This document shows positions 46,665 to 59,723 of a stretch of DNA of 64,000 bases, piece after piece. The notes beneath the pieces are model-generated. The model had not been told where the DNA came from. It worked only from the letters and a program-made list of their open reading frames with translations, and did not search any database. The position numbers and the translations under genes are program-made. Each line of letters opens with the position of its first letter. Within the stretch, counting starts at the first letter, position 1. This DNA is from Octopus sinensis (Eukaryota), in contig NC_042998.1 in the NCBI RefSeq assembly GCF_006345805.1, positions 46,996,001 through 47,060,000 of the forward strand. Direction: 5' to 3'.

Positions 46665-49617
46665 CAGAGGTGGTCTAACCGCGGCTCGCGAGCCACATGC
46701 GGCTCTTTGACCTTTAATATATGGCTCGTGGAAATACGTTGCCCGAGCTCCCTTTTCATCACAACTAATTTAAAAGGTATATAAGAAAATTTCAAGCTTT
46801 ATGATTATTTATAGGGTATGAATTGAGACCCCATTGGATTAACATGTAAGTTTAATGTTCATCTTTAGTAAAAATATTTAAGAATTTGAATCCAAATTTT
46901 AATGCTAGATCTGAGTGAGGCATTGCTCTTTGGTGCTAAATGAAGGAATGGTGGGAAGTAGGGGCATTAAAGAAATTTCTGGTCAGCAAGGTTTACAGAG
47001 AAATGTCGGAAGACTGAGGACATGGGTAAGGAGTTTAAAGGTTTGGGCGCGCCGGGGAAGTGACTGTGGTCATAGGTGGCTTAATGAGTCTAGGTCCGAT
47101 CGCACTCACGTCATATACACTGATGCAATATAACAGAAGACATTGAACTGTGCAGACATAGTTGGTACACTCCGGATACAAGTTTTATTTAAAAGTGTCA
47201 GTGAACATTTTTTGAAGAGAGATTACCGCCTCAAATTGTAAGGGATGAAAATATGAAGATGAAAACAGAAATTTTAAGCCAGATTGGGAGGAAGATTTTG
47301 CATTCACCGTTAAAGAAGTTAAACCTTTGTACCTTATCTGCCATGTATCACTCAGTCATTACAAAGCCAGTAACTTGAAACGCCACTTTGAAAAAAATCA
47401 CAAAAGCCTTTCGTATGATTATCCACCTTAATCAGAAATAAAGGAAAAACGAATTGACTGTGTTAAAATCATGACAAAATAGCCAGCGGATACTATTGAC
47501 AACGTTCAGTAAGGAAGTTGATACAACGACTGAAGCAGTTTTGTTATGTCATACAATATTGCTCGTGCTTAACGCCCATATCCTGATGGTTAAGAACATA
47601 ACTGAAGCTGTTGCAGTGTTAGATCCAAAGAACATAAGATTTTAGCAATTAATAATACAATCACCAGTTTTCCGTCACACTACAGAGAGACGTATCTCTC
47701 AGATCGGTGCTGATATTGCAGGCAAAAATGCGAAATGATAAAAAAAAATTCTCTTGCATTCAGCTTAGCTCTTGACGAATCAACAGACATACAGGACAAC
47801 CCACAACTGGCAGGATTTATTCGTTTTTTTTCGTCTGATGTAACTGTGAAAGAAGTGTTGGACTTAGTAGCATCCAAAAAAACAACTCGTGGTGTTGACA
47901 TTAAAAATGCGTTTGGCAGAACCTTCACAAATGCTCATGTTCCACTGAATAAATTCGTCATTGTTGCAACAGATGGAGCACCTGCAATGATGGGAAAAAT
48001 GTAGGATTAATTGCAGTTATGAAAAATGATTCCAGCTTTCCAGAGTTTTTCCTTGTTCATTGCATTATTCATCGTGAATATCTGGCAGCCAGATGCTTCA
48101 AGTATAAAGATGTTATGAAATCTGTCTTTCAAATCGTCAATTTCATACGTTTAAATGAGAAAACTTACTGACAATTCAGAAATTTTATTGAAGAACTGGA
48201 GCTTGAAGATAAACCCAGTAATGTCTCTTTCTGCTGCATTGTTAGTTGATGTGAACCAGCAATGTCCTGAGTAGGTTTACTAATCCGTTGGAGCCTTATT
48301 ATTACTTTTCTTAAAGAAAAGAAAAGATCCTATCCTCAAATGGAAAATGATGAATGGATGCAAGATCTGATTTTCTTATGGATACAATGAATCATCTACA
48401 AACTCTCACCTTAGCACTCCAGGGAACAATAAAATTGTTTCTGATCTTATTCAGGCAATTTTCAGCTTTCAGAATGAAATAAAAGTTTTTCAAAGAGACA
48501 TCTTGTCAAGAAACTTCAGTCACTTTCCCAATTTCTTTAGGAGAGAAAATACATTCTCTGATATTGAAATAAAAGGCCACAGGCTGAAAGAATACGAAGA
48601 TAAATTCCAAGGACTGCTCGATAATTTCCTAACCAGGATTGATGACTTGCGGAAGCTAAAGCCCTGCTTCGCCTTTCTTGTAGTTCCATTTATAGCTGAT
48701 GTGATCAATGATGGATGTCGAATTCTCGAACTTCTAGTTACGGTATCATCTGCTGTAGATACGGAACTAATGGAACTACAGGAGGATTCTGGTCTAAAGA
48801 TGATCCATAAATCCCAGTCTACAACTGAGTTCTAGAAACAAGTTCCAAAAATAAGATATCCTAAACTGAAGAAAACTAGTGTGCGGCTTATCTCAATGTT
48901 CAGCACAACATACTGATGTGGATCACTGTACTCTGTATTGAAGTTTGTGAAGTCGAAGCATCGTGCAGTCCTTACAAACCAATACCCGACGGAGTTAAAT
49001 CGTACAGTTTTGACAACATATCAACCAGATCTATAACAACTCACAACCAAGATGGAGACCCGCAATATCTATACTAGCAGTAAATAGCGGCTTTGATAGA
49101 GCGATATTTGTGGCATTGTCTGTTTGTCGTAAACATACGATAAGATTGTAATTTTGTAAGGTGGTATCTGATTAAAATACCTTTTTTTTTATTTTACATA
49201 TTTTCCTCCATGTTTTGACCTGATATTTACTAAGACAAATAAATATAATTTTTTTCCTTTTTAGTGTTGTCTAATTTTATGTCACCGAAATGAAAATTCG
49301 CACATTCTTCTTAGAAGTTCCCGTAGTTCATAACGGTATTAAATATGCTCAATATAGTTAAAACAATCGTCAAGATTTTAAAAGCATTTGATATATACAT
49401 GTGTATTTTGTGATTAATGAAACAAATGCAAATTAACAGTTAAACAAATTGTATACATGGTTAAATATTATTGCATACAAGCATTTTTTAACAATTGTAT
49501 ATAGAATTTCTGTAACAAATGTGTATGTAACAAAAACATGTCTGTATCTTGTTTCTGTCGTGCAGATCTCAAACATCTGAATGTGACTCTTACACTAAGC
49601 AAGTATGGCCACTCCTG
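46665..49617 (+). mobile_element. hAT (Buster/Charlie/GTF2IRD2-like) DNA transposon, near full length, decayed
   Basis: Motifs SNLKRHF, FSLALDESTD..QLAGFIRF, ATDGAPAM and HCIIHRE. Imperfect TIRs CAGAGGTGGTCTAAC / rc CAGGAGTGGCCATAC and 8-bp flanks GTATATAT/ATATATAT. Many stops. Confidence 0.9.
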
Positions 49618-49620
49618 ATA

Positions 49621-49701
<81 letters not shown>

Positions 49702-49839
49702 ATATTATATATATATATATGTATATACCATGTGCTGCATATATATTATATCATACATTGATACTGTGTGGACTAAGATCCCCATTGACAGGCCACTGGT
49801 ATTTATAGCGTGTTAAACACTTGAGTATATAAACAGTTT

Positions 49840-50440
49840 AGCCAGAAGTTTTGGAGGAGGGGACTAACCGATTTCATCGACCCCAGAATTTCACTGGTAC
49901 TTAATTTATCGAGCCCGAAAGGATAAGACAACTTCAGCGAAATTGAACTCAGAATATAGCGACGGACTAAGCATTTCGTCCAGTGTGCTAACGATTCTAC
50001 CTCTTAAGTAATAACAATACATCTTAAATAATATATAATACAAAATCTTAATACATCATGCTAAAGCTTAAATAATACAAGATACTAAATCTTAAATAAT
50101 ACATAATAATACATCTTAAGTAATATACAACACTAAATGTTAAATTCTGTAAGTTCTCACCTTGTCTGATAAAACTAAAGAGATGTTAATGGATTAAACA
50201 ATAGCATAAACATGCGAATACTATAATGATAATGCAGATTTCAAATTTTGGCACGGGATTAGCCATTTCGGGAGAGAGAGAGTAAGTCGATTACATCGAC
50301 TCCAACGGCCAGCTAGTACTTACTTTATCGACACCAAAAAGATGAAAGGCAAAGTCGACCTCGGCAGAATTTGAACTCAGAACGTAAGGACAGACGAAAT
50401 GCCGCTAAGAATTTTTCCCAGTGTGTACCAGCTCGCTGAC
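49840..50440 (-). mobile_element. SINE family C copies
   Basis: Reverse-complement family C body at ~49840-50000 and ~50235-50440. Confidence 0.7.
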
Positions 50441-50499
50441 TTAAGAAGTCATTATAATATTATTTTCAAATTTTGGCACGAGGCCAGAGAAGCCATAAT

Positions 50500-51020
50500 G
50501 ATATTAACAGAGGAGCAAAGCCAACGCAGAAAAGCTTAGTATAGAAAGCAGACAAAAGGTTTTAATAAAAGTTAAAACGTTTATCACAATTAGAGACCAT
50601 AAAGATAACTTTTCTGCTAACTCAAAATGTTGTTCAATAAACCTATTCCAATCTAAGATTCGTTTAGGCTCTACGAACATTCTCAGAAAATAAAATAACA
50701 TTGGGAATTATCTCAATCGACGCAATAATTATTATAAAAACAGCAGTTAGCTTGATAATCTTTATTAAGTTCAACGCCAAATTTAACACAATAGGCTCTT
50801 ATTCGCCGGTAACTAAAATATACAAAGCATTAGATAATTTTAAAATATATGATACTACAGATAATAATGCTATAGAATTTACAATGATCGCAAAATTAAA
50901 ATTAGATTTCAAAAAGGACTTTGCTTGGAGAAAAAGCACTAACTCAGACTGTTCTTTTGAAACACAGAAAAGAGCAGGGTCATTTGATAACATTGATTAT
51001 ACAAAATCCTATGTACACAG
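50500..51020 (+). mobile_element. Penelope-like RT fragment
   Basis: KTFITIRDHKDNF..., KFNTIGSYSPV..KALD and WRKS...AGSFD correspond to PLE RT motifs (FITLKDHK; FDI..FYPSI; MGSFDG). Confidence 0.65.
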
Positions 51021-51769
51021 ATATCCCGGATCTAGCAACTCCACCGCCGCTACTGGACGCTTTTCATCTGCTACTACTACTTACGTGCACAAGATGCTTT
51101 CTCAAGACAAATACTGCAGTGTGTGGTTTTCTACAGTATATCCGCGTTAAGTAAGATATACAAAATGCGATATCTATCTATATTAATGTTTATATTAATG
51201 TTAAGCTGTAGTTCTTTTTAGTAAAGGTACAAGGCCTAAAATTTTTGAAGCACAGCCTTGGCGATCACATCGACCATAGTGCTCAACTATTACTCAGAGA
51301 TCCAGAATTGATGAACAGCAAAGCCGTAGGTGACGTGATTTGAACTCAGAAGCAAAGGCAGACAAAATGTCACAAGAATTATGTCTGGTGTGCTAATGAT
51401 TCTGGCAATTCGCCACCTTTTTTATGTTATAATATATTCATATTTTTAATACAATTATTTTACACACGTATCTATCTGTCTGAAGAATTTTCTATTTACT
51501 TCCTGATATTAATAATAATATATTATAAAATATATATATTCACTCGTATTAAATACATAAATACTTTAATAGTATTAATAACGAAATATTTAAATTATAA
51601 TAGAAACAAATTTGACATTAAACTGAAGAATTCTCCAGTACATTTTGTAGAGTAAATATTTATTATTCTTTAACAAGAATACTATATACATACATATATA
51701 CTTACATACATGCATACACACATACGGACAAAGAGTTACACAGACAACCACACTTACTACCTACGCCTA

Positions 51770-52340
51770 CGATACAAAAGTAGTCAAGCAGTCAAGGAAT
51801 CTTTCGATTCGAATATTTTACAGAAAGATCTAAATGCCATGAAAACAACATGAAATTTAATTTTTGGAAAATTCCAAGACTTCTGCTATCAGCTACCTTG
51901 CACTAACATGCCGCAAAAATGGATTTGCGACCGAAAAGATCGGCAATACCAGAGTCAAACACAGTGCACTATCTGGGGATTCATATGATCAACGGCGCCT
52001 CGCTTCATACACATAGCAACAGCATGGCAATGTGCAGGCGAATGGCCAGATGTACTCTGAGAACTTTCAGAGAAAGGACCATGAGATTACGCTGGGTCTA
52101 TGAAAGACATTTGTCCCCAGCCATCCAGACTACTGGTTTCAGCTGTGGTCGCCATACAATGTCTAATTAATAGCGAAACTCGAAGCGGTTCTGCGGGACA
52201 ATAGAGCTACAGGAAGAGACTGAAAGAGCTACAACTCTACACCCTGGAACAAAAGCGGGAGAGATGTGCAGTGGTATACATATGGAAAATCCTAAAGAGG
52301 ATGGTACCAAATTTTCGCATCGAGAGTTATACGAGTCCCT
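51770..52340 (+). mobile_element. CR1/L2-group LINE RT fragment, degenerate
   Basis: DTKV..LQKDLN..NNMKFN and IPESNTVHYLGIHM; homologous to 52526-53278. Confidence 0.7.
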
Positions 52341-52525
52341 GAAATGGACGTCAGTAGCCTAAATTGCTATAAATATTACTGCTCAGAAACACTTTTCGAG
52401 TGTGTTTTTTTCGGACTTATGAAGAACTCACCGGCTGTATATATATATATATATTTTTTTTTTTTCTAGTTTCAGCTCAGAGCTGCGGCCATGCTGATGC
52501 ACCGCCGTTTTGTGCTACACTGTTA

Positions 52526-53272
52526 TTACGACGAACCTCGTCTGATATGTGGCACTTGGTGAAGAATGGAGTTTGATACAGCTACTCTCATTTGCACATC
52601 TTGCCGTGAGGTAGGTTCATCTGGGACTCTTGACAGGAAGATGTCCAGCTTTGATTTAAAAACTGCTGCATCTACTTTGTGGAAGTTCCTCAGACTTTTT
52701 GGGAGAATATTAAAAAGCTGTGGGCCCTTGAAACCCAGGCTGTTGTAGAAGCTGGTCCTGAAGCGTGATGGCATTGCTGGGATCTTTGGCACTATGCAGT
52801 GTCGTCCCGTTCTAGCATTGGTGTAGCTTACAATGTCAAAATTTGGCACAATTTCTTCCAGGATCTTCCAGACATATATCACTGCATACCTCTCCCGTCT
52901 TCTCTCCAGGGAGTAGAGTCTTAGCTGTTTCAACCTTTCCCAGTAGCTGAGCTGTTGCAAAGAGACGATCTTCTTTGTGAATCTTCTCTGGATTGCTTCA
53001 AGGTCCGCTGTTAATTTTAAACTGGTGGGTGACCATAGCTGTGAGCAGTAATCCAGGCGACTGAGGACGAATGTCCGCCAGACGACCATCATGGTTTCCT
53101 TATCTTTGGTTCTGAATGTTCTTAGAATCCACCCAGCCAGTCGTCTCCACTTTGTCGCCATCCTGGTAATGTGCACTTGGAAAGAGGTATCATCACTCAT
53201 GTCGATACCCAGGTCCCTCACAGACTTAGGCTCTGGGATTGAAATTCCCTGTGGACCGGTGTATCCAGTAAG

Positions 53273-53278
<6 letters not shown>
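52526..53278 (-). mobile_element. CR1/L2-group LINE, RT C-terminal 250-aa open frame (5'-truncated)
   Basis: SVRDLGI.MSDD.SF..HI, RRLAGWILRTF, LSRLDYCSQLWSP, LEAIQRRFTK, YWERLKQLRLYSLERRRER. Confidence 0.9.
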
Positions 53279-53330
<52 letters not shown>

Positions 53331-53331
<1 letters not shown>

Positions 53332-53627
53332 GAGGCGCAATGGCCTAGTGGTTAGGGCAGCGGACTCGCGGTCGCATGATCGCGGTTTCGATTCCCAGAC
53401 CGGGCGTTGTGTGTGTTTATTGAGTGAAAACACCCAAAAGCTCCACGAGGCTCCGGCAGGGGGTGGTGATCCCTGCTGTACTCTTTCACCACTCTTTCTC
53501 CCACTCTTCCTTCTGTTGGCCCGCTCGCTTAGCCAGCGGGGTGGCGTCATTCGAAGGCTAAAACAATGCAAACGCATTGTGACCAGCGATGTGTAACAAC
53601 ATCTGATGGTCTGGTCGGTCACGTGAT

Positions 53628-53635
<8 letters not shown>
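53331..53635 (+). mobile_element. tRNA-derived SINE (family B head, different tail)
   Basis: GGAGGCGCAATGGCCTAGTGGTTAGGGCAGCGG...GGTTTCGATTCCC head shared with 2631-2999. Confidence 0.85.
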
Positions 53636-53673
<38 letters not shown>

Positions 53674-53690
53674 GTATAAATATATATAAG

Positions 53691-53722
<32 letters not shown>

Positions 53723-53789
53723 TGTATGTATGTATGTATGTATGTATGTATGTATGTGTGTGTGTGTGCGTGCTCTTGTAAGGAATTTG

Positions 53790-54900
53790 TCATTGTAGAC
53801 TTCCGTTTTTACAAAGATGATGCAAGATGTGGCTTTAAAAATGCCAATGAAAATTCGCTAGATAAACTAAAGAAAGATATCATCGAAATGTTCAGTATTT
53901 TGGTTTTAAAATCACACTAGCGATAATTTAACTTGAGTTAATTTCCTGAAAATAATTAAGTATAAAAATAACTCATATAACTCTTTCAGGCAAAATAAAT
54001 ACATTCTTCATTTATTTTAACACAGGGTCATATAACCAGACTATACTTAAATATATAATTTGGAAAATCTTATCAGCGATAAGCGACAGGAGTAAAGAGC
54101 AACAAGTGTATTTATGAGAAATAAGAGTGATCCTGAATATGAGTGGAAAGATTTTGAATATGTCTTCACGAAAAGAGATTTTTCACAAACAGATCCTGAT
54201 TATAATGAAGTCTTAAAAGCTTGCGGATTTTACAATAACATCCAGCGTATTTCCATATTTAGAACACATAGAAAGAAAAGATATCGAAATATCAAATGAT
54301 TTATACACCTAGAACTCACTAAAGCTTTCTAAATTTAATTGCCAAACACTTCATTTGGAAACTGGAACGATTTTTTAACAAGCATGCTTTTAAATTAAGT
54401 TACAGCAAAACGGCTAATATGGAAACTATGAAACCCGGTAAGCTGTATGTAATGTGGCAGATTGTTCATGACAGTACACCATCGAATTCCCTGCAAAATA
54501 AGTAATGTAACACTGAAGTGGTCGTATACGAAGTAGAAGACAACCAAGGAATCTGGATCTTCATTCTAATGACAGACATTATATTGATATGACTAAATAG
54601 AAATCCAAGAGGACATGGTTTTCAGCCATAATTCTTCATTCAGAAACACGGCTTATATCTTTCCCAACACACACATGCACGCGCACACATTTACATACAT
54701 GCATCAATAATTACACACGGGCTTTTCTTGGACTTTTTCCTTTCTATGGTCTTTTCCTTTCTCTTCATTCTGATGGAGAGCTGTGCTCGAATTTCTAAAA
54801 GTCTATTCTTTTATTCTACCTTTACTGATAGTCCGGCTAAGACATCCCGCGTGTACGTACTTTTGTTGTTTTGTTATTTGTTATTTTTAATGTCCGTTTG
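53790..54900 (+). mobile_element. Penelope-like RT thumb + GIY-YIG + pseudo-LTR, decayed
   Basis: FYKDD..LDKLKKDII.MF, PDYNEVLKACGF, RYRNIK, FFNKHAFKLSYS, VVYEV and YIDMT; degenerate hammerhead-like CTGATGG-A-GAGC-TGT-GCTC-GAAT at 54770-54792. Confidence 0.75.
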
Positions 54901-55735
54901 ACTATATTTTGAGTTGGGAAATGAATGGAATACCAGGAATGTGTGTTGTGGCTAACTCTTAAAAAACAGGGGAATAGGCCTGGGTATATGGATATGGATA
55001 TATATATATATATTTTTATATATATATATAGGTGTGTGTGTATGTATAAAAGATGTTATCTCTGGACAAATACTTCAATAACTAGCCTATCGCCTATCGA
55101 TAGTATATAGATATTAAATATGATATGCAAGTGGTGATAACAGCTTATATGAAAATTGTATATACGGTTCGGTTCCCGGGTCGGGTGGCATGCTTTGTTC
55201 TTGAGCAAAACGCATCATTTCATACTGCTCTTGTGTTGTGTGAGGACCGGCATTTGGATCAAAAAGATCGGCAATACCAGAGTCAAACACAGTGCACTAT
55301 CTTATATGCGTTAAACATCAGACCATCTACTGTTATATACGCAGAGCTCTTTTGCATGCGAGAACAGACAGGAGATTAGAGATGACTAAGGAGCAACTCC
55401 CATACTCCTCAAAACTCTCGAAATTTCGAAGTATAACCTCAGCATGAAATGTGCTTCTACATACACTTGTATCCACCCTGAAAATATACGTATAAGATAT
55501 ACACGCATAAAGACGTATGTATGCTGGAACACCGTCTTAAAGAGTATTTTTGTCAGGACTTACTTTTTAAAGCCCGATATGTATTTTATCGGTTTCATTT
55601 GCCGTACCACTATATTACGGGGACGTAAACACATCAACATCGGTCGTCAAGCGATAGTGGGGGACAAAAACAGACACAAGGACACACACAAATATATATA
55701 TACATACATATATATATACATATATATATACATGT

Positions 55736-55769
<34 letters not shown>

Positions 55770-55772
55770 ATG

Positions 55773-55827
<55 letters not shown>

Positions 55828-56589
55828 TTGTGTCTGTGTCTGTCTTCGTAACCTAGCGTTTCAGCAAAAGTGCCCAATAGAATAAGTATCAGGCTTACAA
55901 AGAATAAGCCCTGGGGTCGTGTCGATTTCTTCGGCTGAAAGGTGGTGCAGTCAAATGACAGAAACAAGTAAAAGAATAAAAGAAAATATATATTTATGTA
56001 TGTATGTATGTATGTATGTATGTATGTATGTATGTATGTATGATGTATGTATGTATGTATATATATATATACATGTGCGTGTGTATACATTTATACACGA
56101 CGGGCTTCTTTCGGTTTCCGTCTACCAAATCCACACATGCATTGGTCGGCCAGAGACTATAGTGGAAGACTATAGTAGAAAACACTCGTACCAAAACATG
56201 CACACAGAACATATACATACACGCACTCACGTACATATACACGCACTCACATACTTCAACCTGCCAGTCAAACACCTTTGTACTGACCATTCCCCTACGC
56301 AATGTGAAGGAACACACTACACAAAAGACAGCCACTCCTACTACTAAATTCTTCCTACAACTGTGACACAGAGTTCACTCACACATACACATATAAACAG
56401 CCAAAACCACACACACACACACAACACTACACGCACACACAACTGCTATTGCACGCACACACACAGACCTGCGCACACGTACATACCCACACATATCACT
56501 TCCCTTACACTTTCCTGTCTTAGAAAGAACTCTTTCTTCACCCATTCTCTTCCGGTTATTTCAAAATATAACCACATGTGAATCGTTTG

Positions 56590-56765
56590 CGATTTTCTTC
56601 CTCTGTCTTTCCTTCTATTGGACTTTCCTCTGTTTCCGAAGAAGAGCGTCTGCTCGAAACGTTAAACCATCTTTTCTTCCTTTCCTGAGCGTCTGCTAAT
56701 ACATTACATGTACCACGTCCTCACGTTGTTGTTTCTTTTGTGTTTGTACTTTTTTTGATTTACTA
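56590..56765 (+). mobile_element. Solo Penelope-type pseudo-LTR with minimal hammerhead motif (56632-56667)
   Basis: GTTT-CCGAAGA-A-GAGC-GTCT-GCTC-GAAA-CG-TT-AAAC; same family as 3905-4095. Confidence 0.6.
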
Positions 56766-56845
56766 TATATATATATATATATAGGTAAAAGTAAAAACTT
56801 ACTGTGGGCAATGCTACGTTCGATTATGAATAAATAAATATAAAA

Positions 56846-56976
56846 TACATCAAGTACAGGACATCACCAACAAATGAAAAATACGTAAACACACGAGAGA
56901 TAAGTAGAGGACTTGTACTTATCTATCGTTTGTTTACGTATTATTCACTCGTTAGTGATGTCCTGTACTTGATGTA
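56846..56976. mobile_element. 131-bp near-palindromic MITE
   Basis: 22-bp perfect terminal inverted repeat TACATCAAGTACAGGACATCAC, with imperfect pairing continuing almost to the centre. Confidence 0.75.
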
Positions 56977-57779
56977 CAGGAGCGTGTTCTTGATGTCTAC
57001 AAGTCAGTAACACAAACTACAAATATTCACGGAGATTAGATGACTTCTTTTCAGTACCTTACTGGGACTTATTTATTTCATAGATTCCGAAAGAATTTCA
57101 GATAAAGGGTCTTCGGTAGAATTTGCTATAAAAATGTAAAGTGACTGGAAAAAAATAACGATCCCTCCGTAATCTGCTGATACGTTTCAACTGCATCAAA
57201 AAGAAAATGCACAACTTCTACTTAGCTCTGACCTTCGTGACCTCGTTGCTGCCCATCCCATTACTGCTGGTACAATACATTCATTTCAATCTTCAGTTAC
57301 CGCACCCATTCCCCGAGCAACTGAACCTATTTACCCATCAATATCATTGTCGTCGCCGTCACCGTCACCACCAGCTCCAACACCAACATAACCATCACCA
57401 AAACCATCACCACCACCACCACAATCACCGTATTCATCAACATCACTATCATCATCGTCATCATGGTTGTCGTCGTCGTCATCATCTATCTACAACTGTC
57501 ATTCCACTACATCTATTAGGAAGAATAAGTTTTTTCACCTCAATCCAACGTATCTACTATATTACCCCTGACCCGCTATTTGCCCGCGCCCACAACGACG
57601 CCAGAAAAAAAAAAAAGAAAAAAGAGAAATAATACAAACGGAAATCATTTTGAGGACATCTAAGAAATCATTTCGGTGATGCACGAACGAAACGGAACCC
57701 AAAAATTGCTACCCGCCTATGTGAAAGATAATGCGTGCAATGTGGCTATCTTTTTACATATCGCAGGGACGCTAGATAC

Positions 57780-58150
57780 ACACTAAAGAAACACTAGAAA
57801 CCAAATCCAATACCAAAGTGCAACCCAAAACGATACTAATATATATTCCATCTCTAAAAATTTTAACCCTACCAGAATTACCTCCAATCGTAGAACCATA
57901 AAACCCATCTCCCACGATGGTACTTCCCTTGCTACAGCAATATTGTTCCCTTTTCTTGACGCATGCCCGAAAAAAATCAAAAAATCAGAGAGAACAATTG
58001 TGACATTTTCAGGCAGTGCAACCGCAGTCAAAGCGAATCCAGACGTCAACTGTCCATTATGCAAGAAAATCATTTCTTAGCCATGCTGTATCTTTTGTGG
58101 GGAGATTCATAGAAGCACTCTCGATATGACAGATCAACCACTACTGTTGC
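57780..58150 (+). mobile_element. Possible Gag/ORF1-like remnant with zinc-knuckle motifs
   Basis: CPLCKK..*PCCIFCGEIHRS in a decayed frame downstream of a Pro/Ser-rich frame. Confidence 0.3.
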
Positions 58151-58475
58151 CCAAATGCCAGAAGTTCTCTCAGTGTTACCATTAAACAGCAGCGACACAT
58201 TTCACACCATTCTGCTGAATTTTCCATTGAGTGAAGTCGATGGCTACAGAATCATGAGAGCATCCTATCTGGGCCAATTCCCTGGAGGATTGGAGCGGGT
58301 CCTTGTGGATAAGCTCATTCAATCGATATTCCCTGAACTGAACTAGTCAGCCGCAACACAGAGAGTCTGTGAGGTCGAATTTCCCCCTCTTGAAACGGAT
58401 GAGCATTTCTCAATTATTCGTGTTATTTTTCCATGGGTTCCATTATCATCCTTCTGTGTAATCGAGAGGTAGAAA

Positions 58476-58680
58476 TATATGCGTCATTAAAGTGACTAAG
58501 GGCACTAGTCAGCACCAGTATTGTTAGAAATAAGAGTTAAAACAATTCAGAGCTACAATGACTGACGTGCCTTGTCAGTCATTTAGATAAGTGCTTATTG
58601 TATCTATGAGTTGTTTTAACTCTTATTTTTAGCAATACTGGTGCTGACTAGTGCCCTTAGTAACTTTAATGACGTATATA
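58476..58680. mobile_element. 205-bp MITE with ~75-bp TIRs
   Basis: gcgtcattaaagtgactaagggcactagtcagcaccagtattg...aagagttaaaacaa pairs with 58606-58680. There is an internal hairpin, ATGACTGAC/GTCAGTCAT. Confidence 0.85.
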
Positions 58681-58695
58681 CATACGTACACACAC

Positions 58696-58748
<53 letters not shown>

Positions 58749-58858
58749 TATATATACATATATACATACATACATACATCATAAATATACACGTATATAC
58801 GTATATACATAGCCACACACTCACTCACACACATACACACATATATGTATACATATGT

Positions 58859-58919
<61 letters not shown>

Positions 58920-58924
58920 TACTC

Positions 58925-59310
58925 TTTACTCTTTTGTTTCAGTTATTTGACTGTGGCATGCTGGAGCACCGCCTTTAGTCGAGCAAATCGACCCCATGAC
59001 TTATTCTTTGTAAGCCTAGTCCTTATTCTATCGGCCTTTTTTGCCGAAATGCTAAGTTACGGGGACGTAAACACACCAGCATCGGTTGTCAAGTGATGTT
59101 GGTGGGGACAAACACAGGCACACAAACACATACACACACATATATACGACGGGCTTCTTTCAATCTCCGTTTACCAAATCCACTCACAGGGCTTTGGTTG
59201 GCGCGAGGCTATAATAGAATACACTTGACCATGGTGCCACGCAGTGGGACTGAACCCGGAACCATGTGGTTCGTAAGCAAGCTATTTACCACACAGCTAC
59301 TCCTACGCCT
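58925..59310 (-). mobile_element. SINE family A, well preserved
   Basis: Homologous to 32585-32980; the tRNA-like head is at the 59310 end. Confidence 0.85.
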
Positions 59311-59723
59311 ATATATATATATGTAGTGTATGTAGTTGGACCCGAGTATAATATATATTATTGTTTGTGTTTGTTGATGGATCATAAAAAGGAAGAGAAT
59401 GAGTGAGGTGAGGCATATTTAGGAAGTAAGTGCAAAATAGCTAAAACAGCCTTACTTAATTTTAAATACGATGAGATGGCATCGAAAGAGCGTGACATGC
59501 ATACGTATGCATGTAATTGGTCGTAGACGAATGTAGCCATCACTGACAGAATATCTTACTTTAGATGTTAATGTCAATGTCTGTGCTGAAATTGAAAGCC
59601 AAAAACAGCTTACACAACATCTTTGAAACTCTCATCTACAAAGCGAAGTAGTCCCCAAAAAAGCAAATGCATGTTCTCCGCCATGAGACAGTTATAAATT
59701 CGGATTTTTTATTAATTCTAGAA

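Noticed and set aside
50701-51150. 149-aa ORF as a host gene
   Set aside because: It overlaps decayed Penelope RT motifs and is better explained as a PLE relic.
53331-53405. tRNA gene calls at SINE heads (also 2925-2999 and 5495-5560)
   Set aside because: The heads continue into SINE bodies and do not give a convincing cloverleaf.
57207-57632. 141-aa His-rich ORF
   Set aside because: The His/Arg tract comes from a degenerate (CAT/CAC)n low-complexity region.
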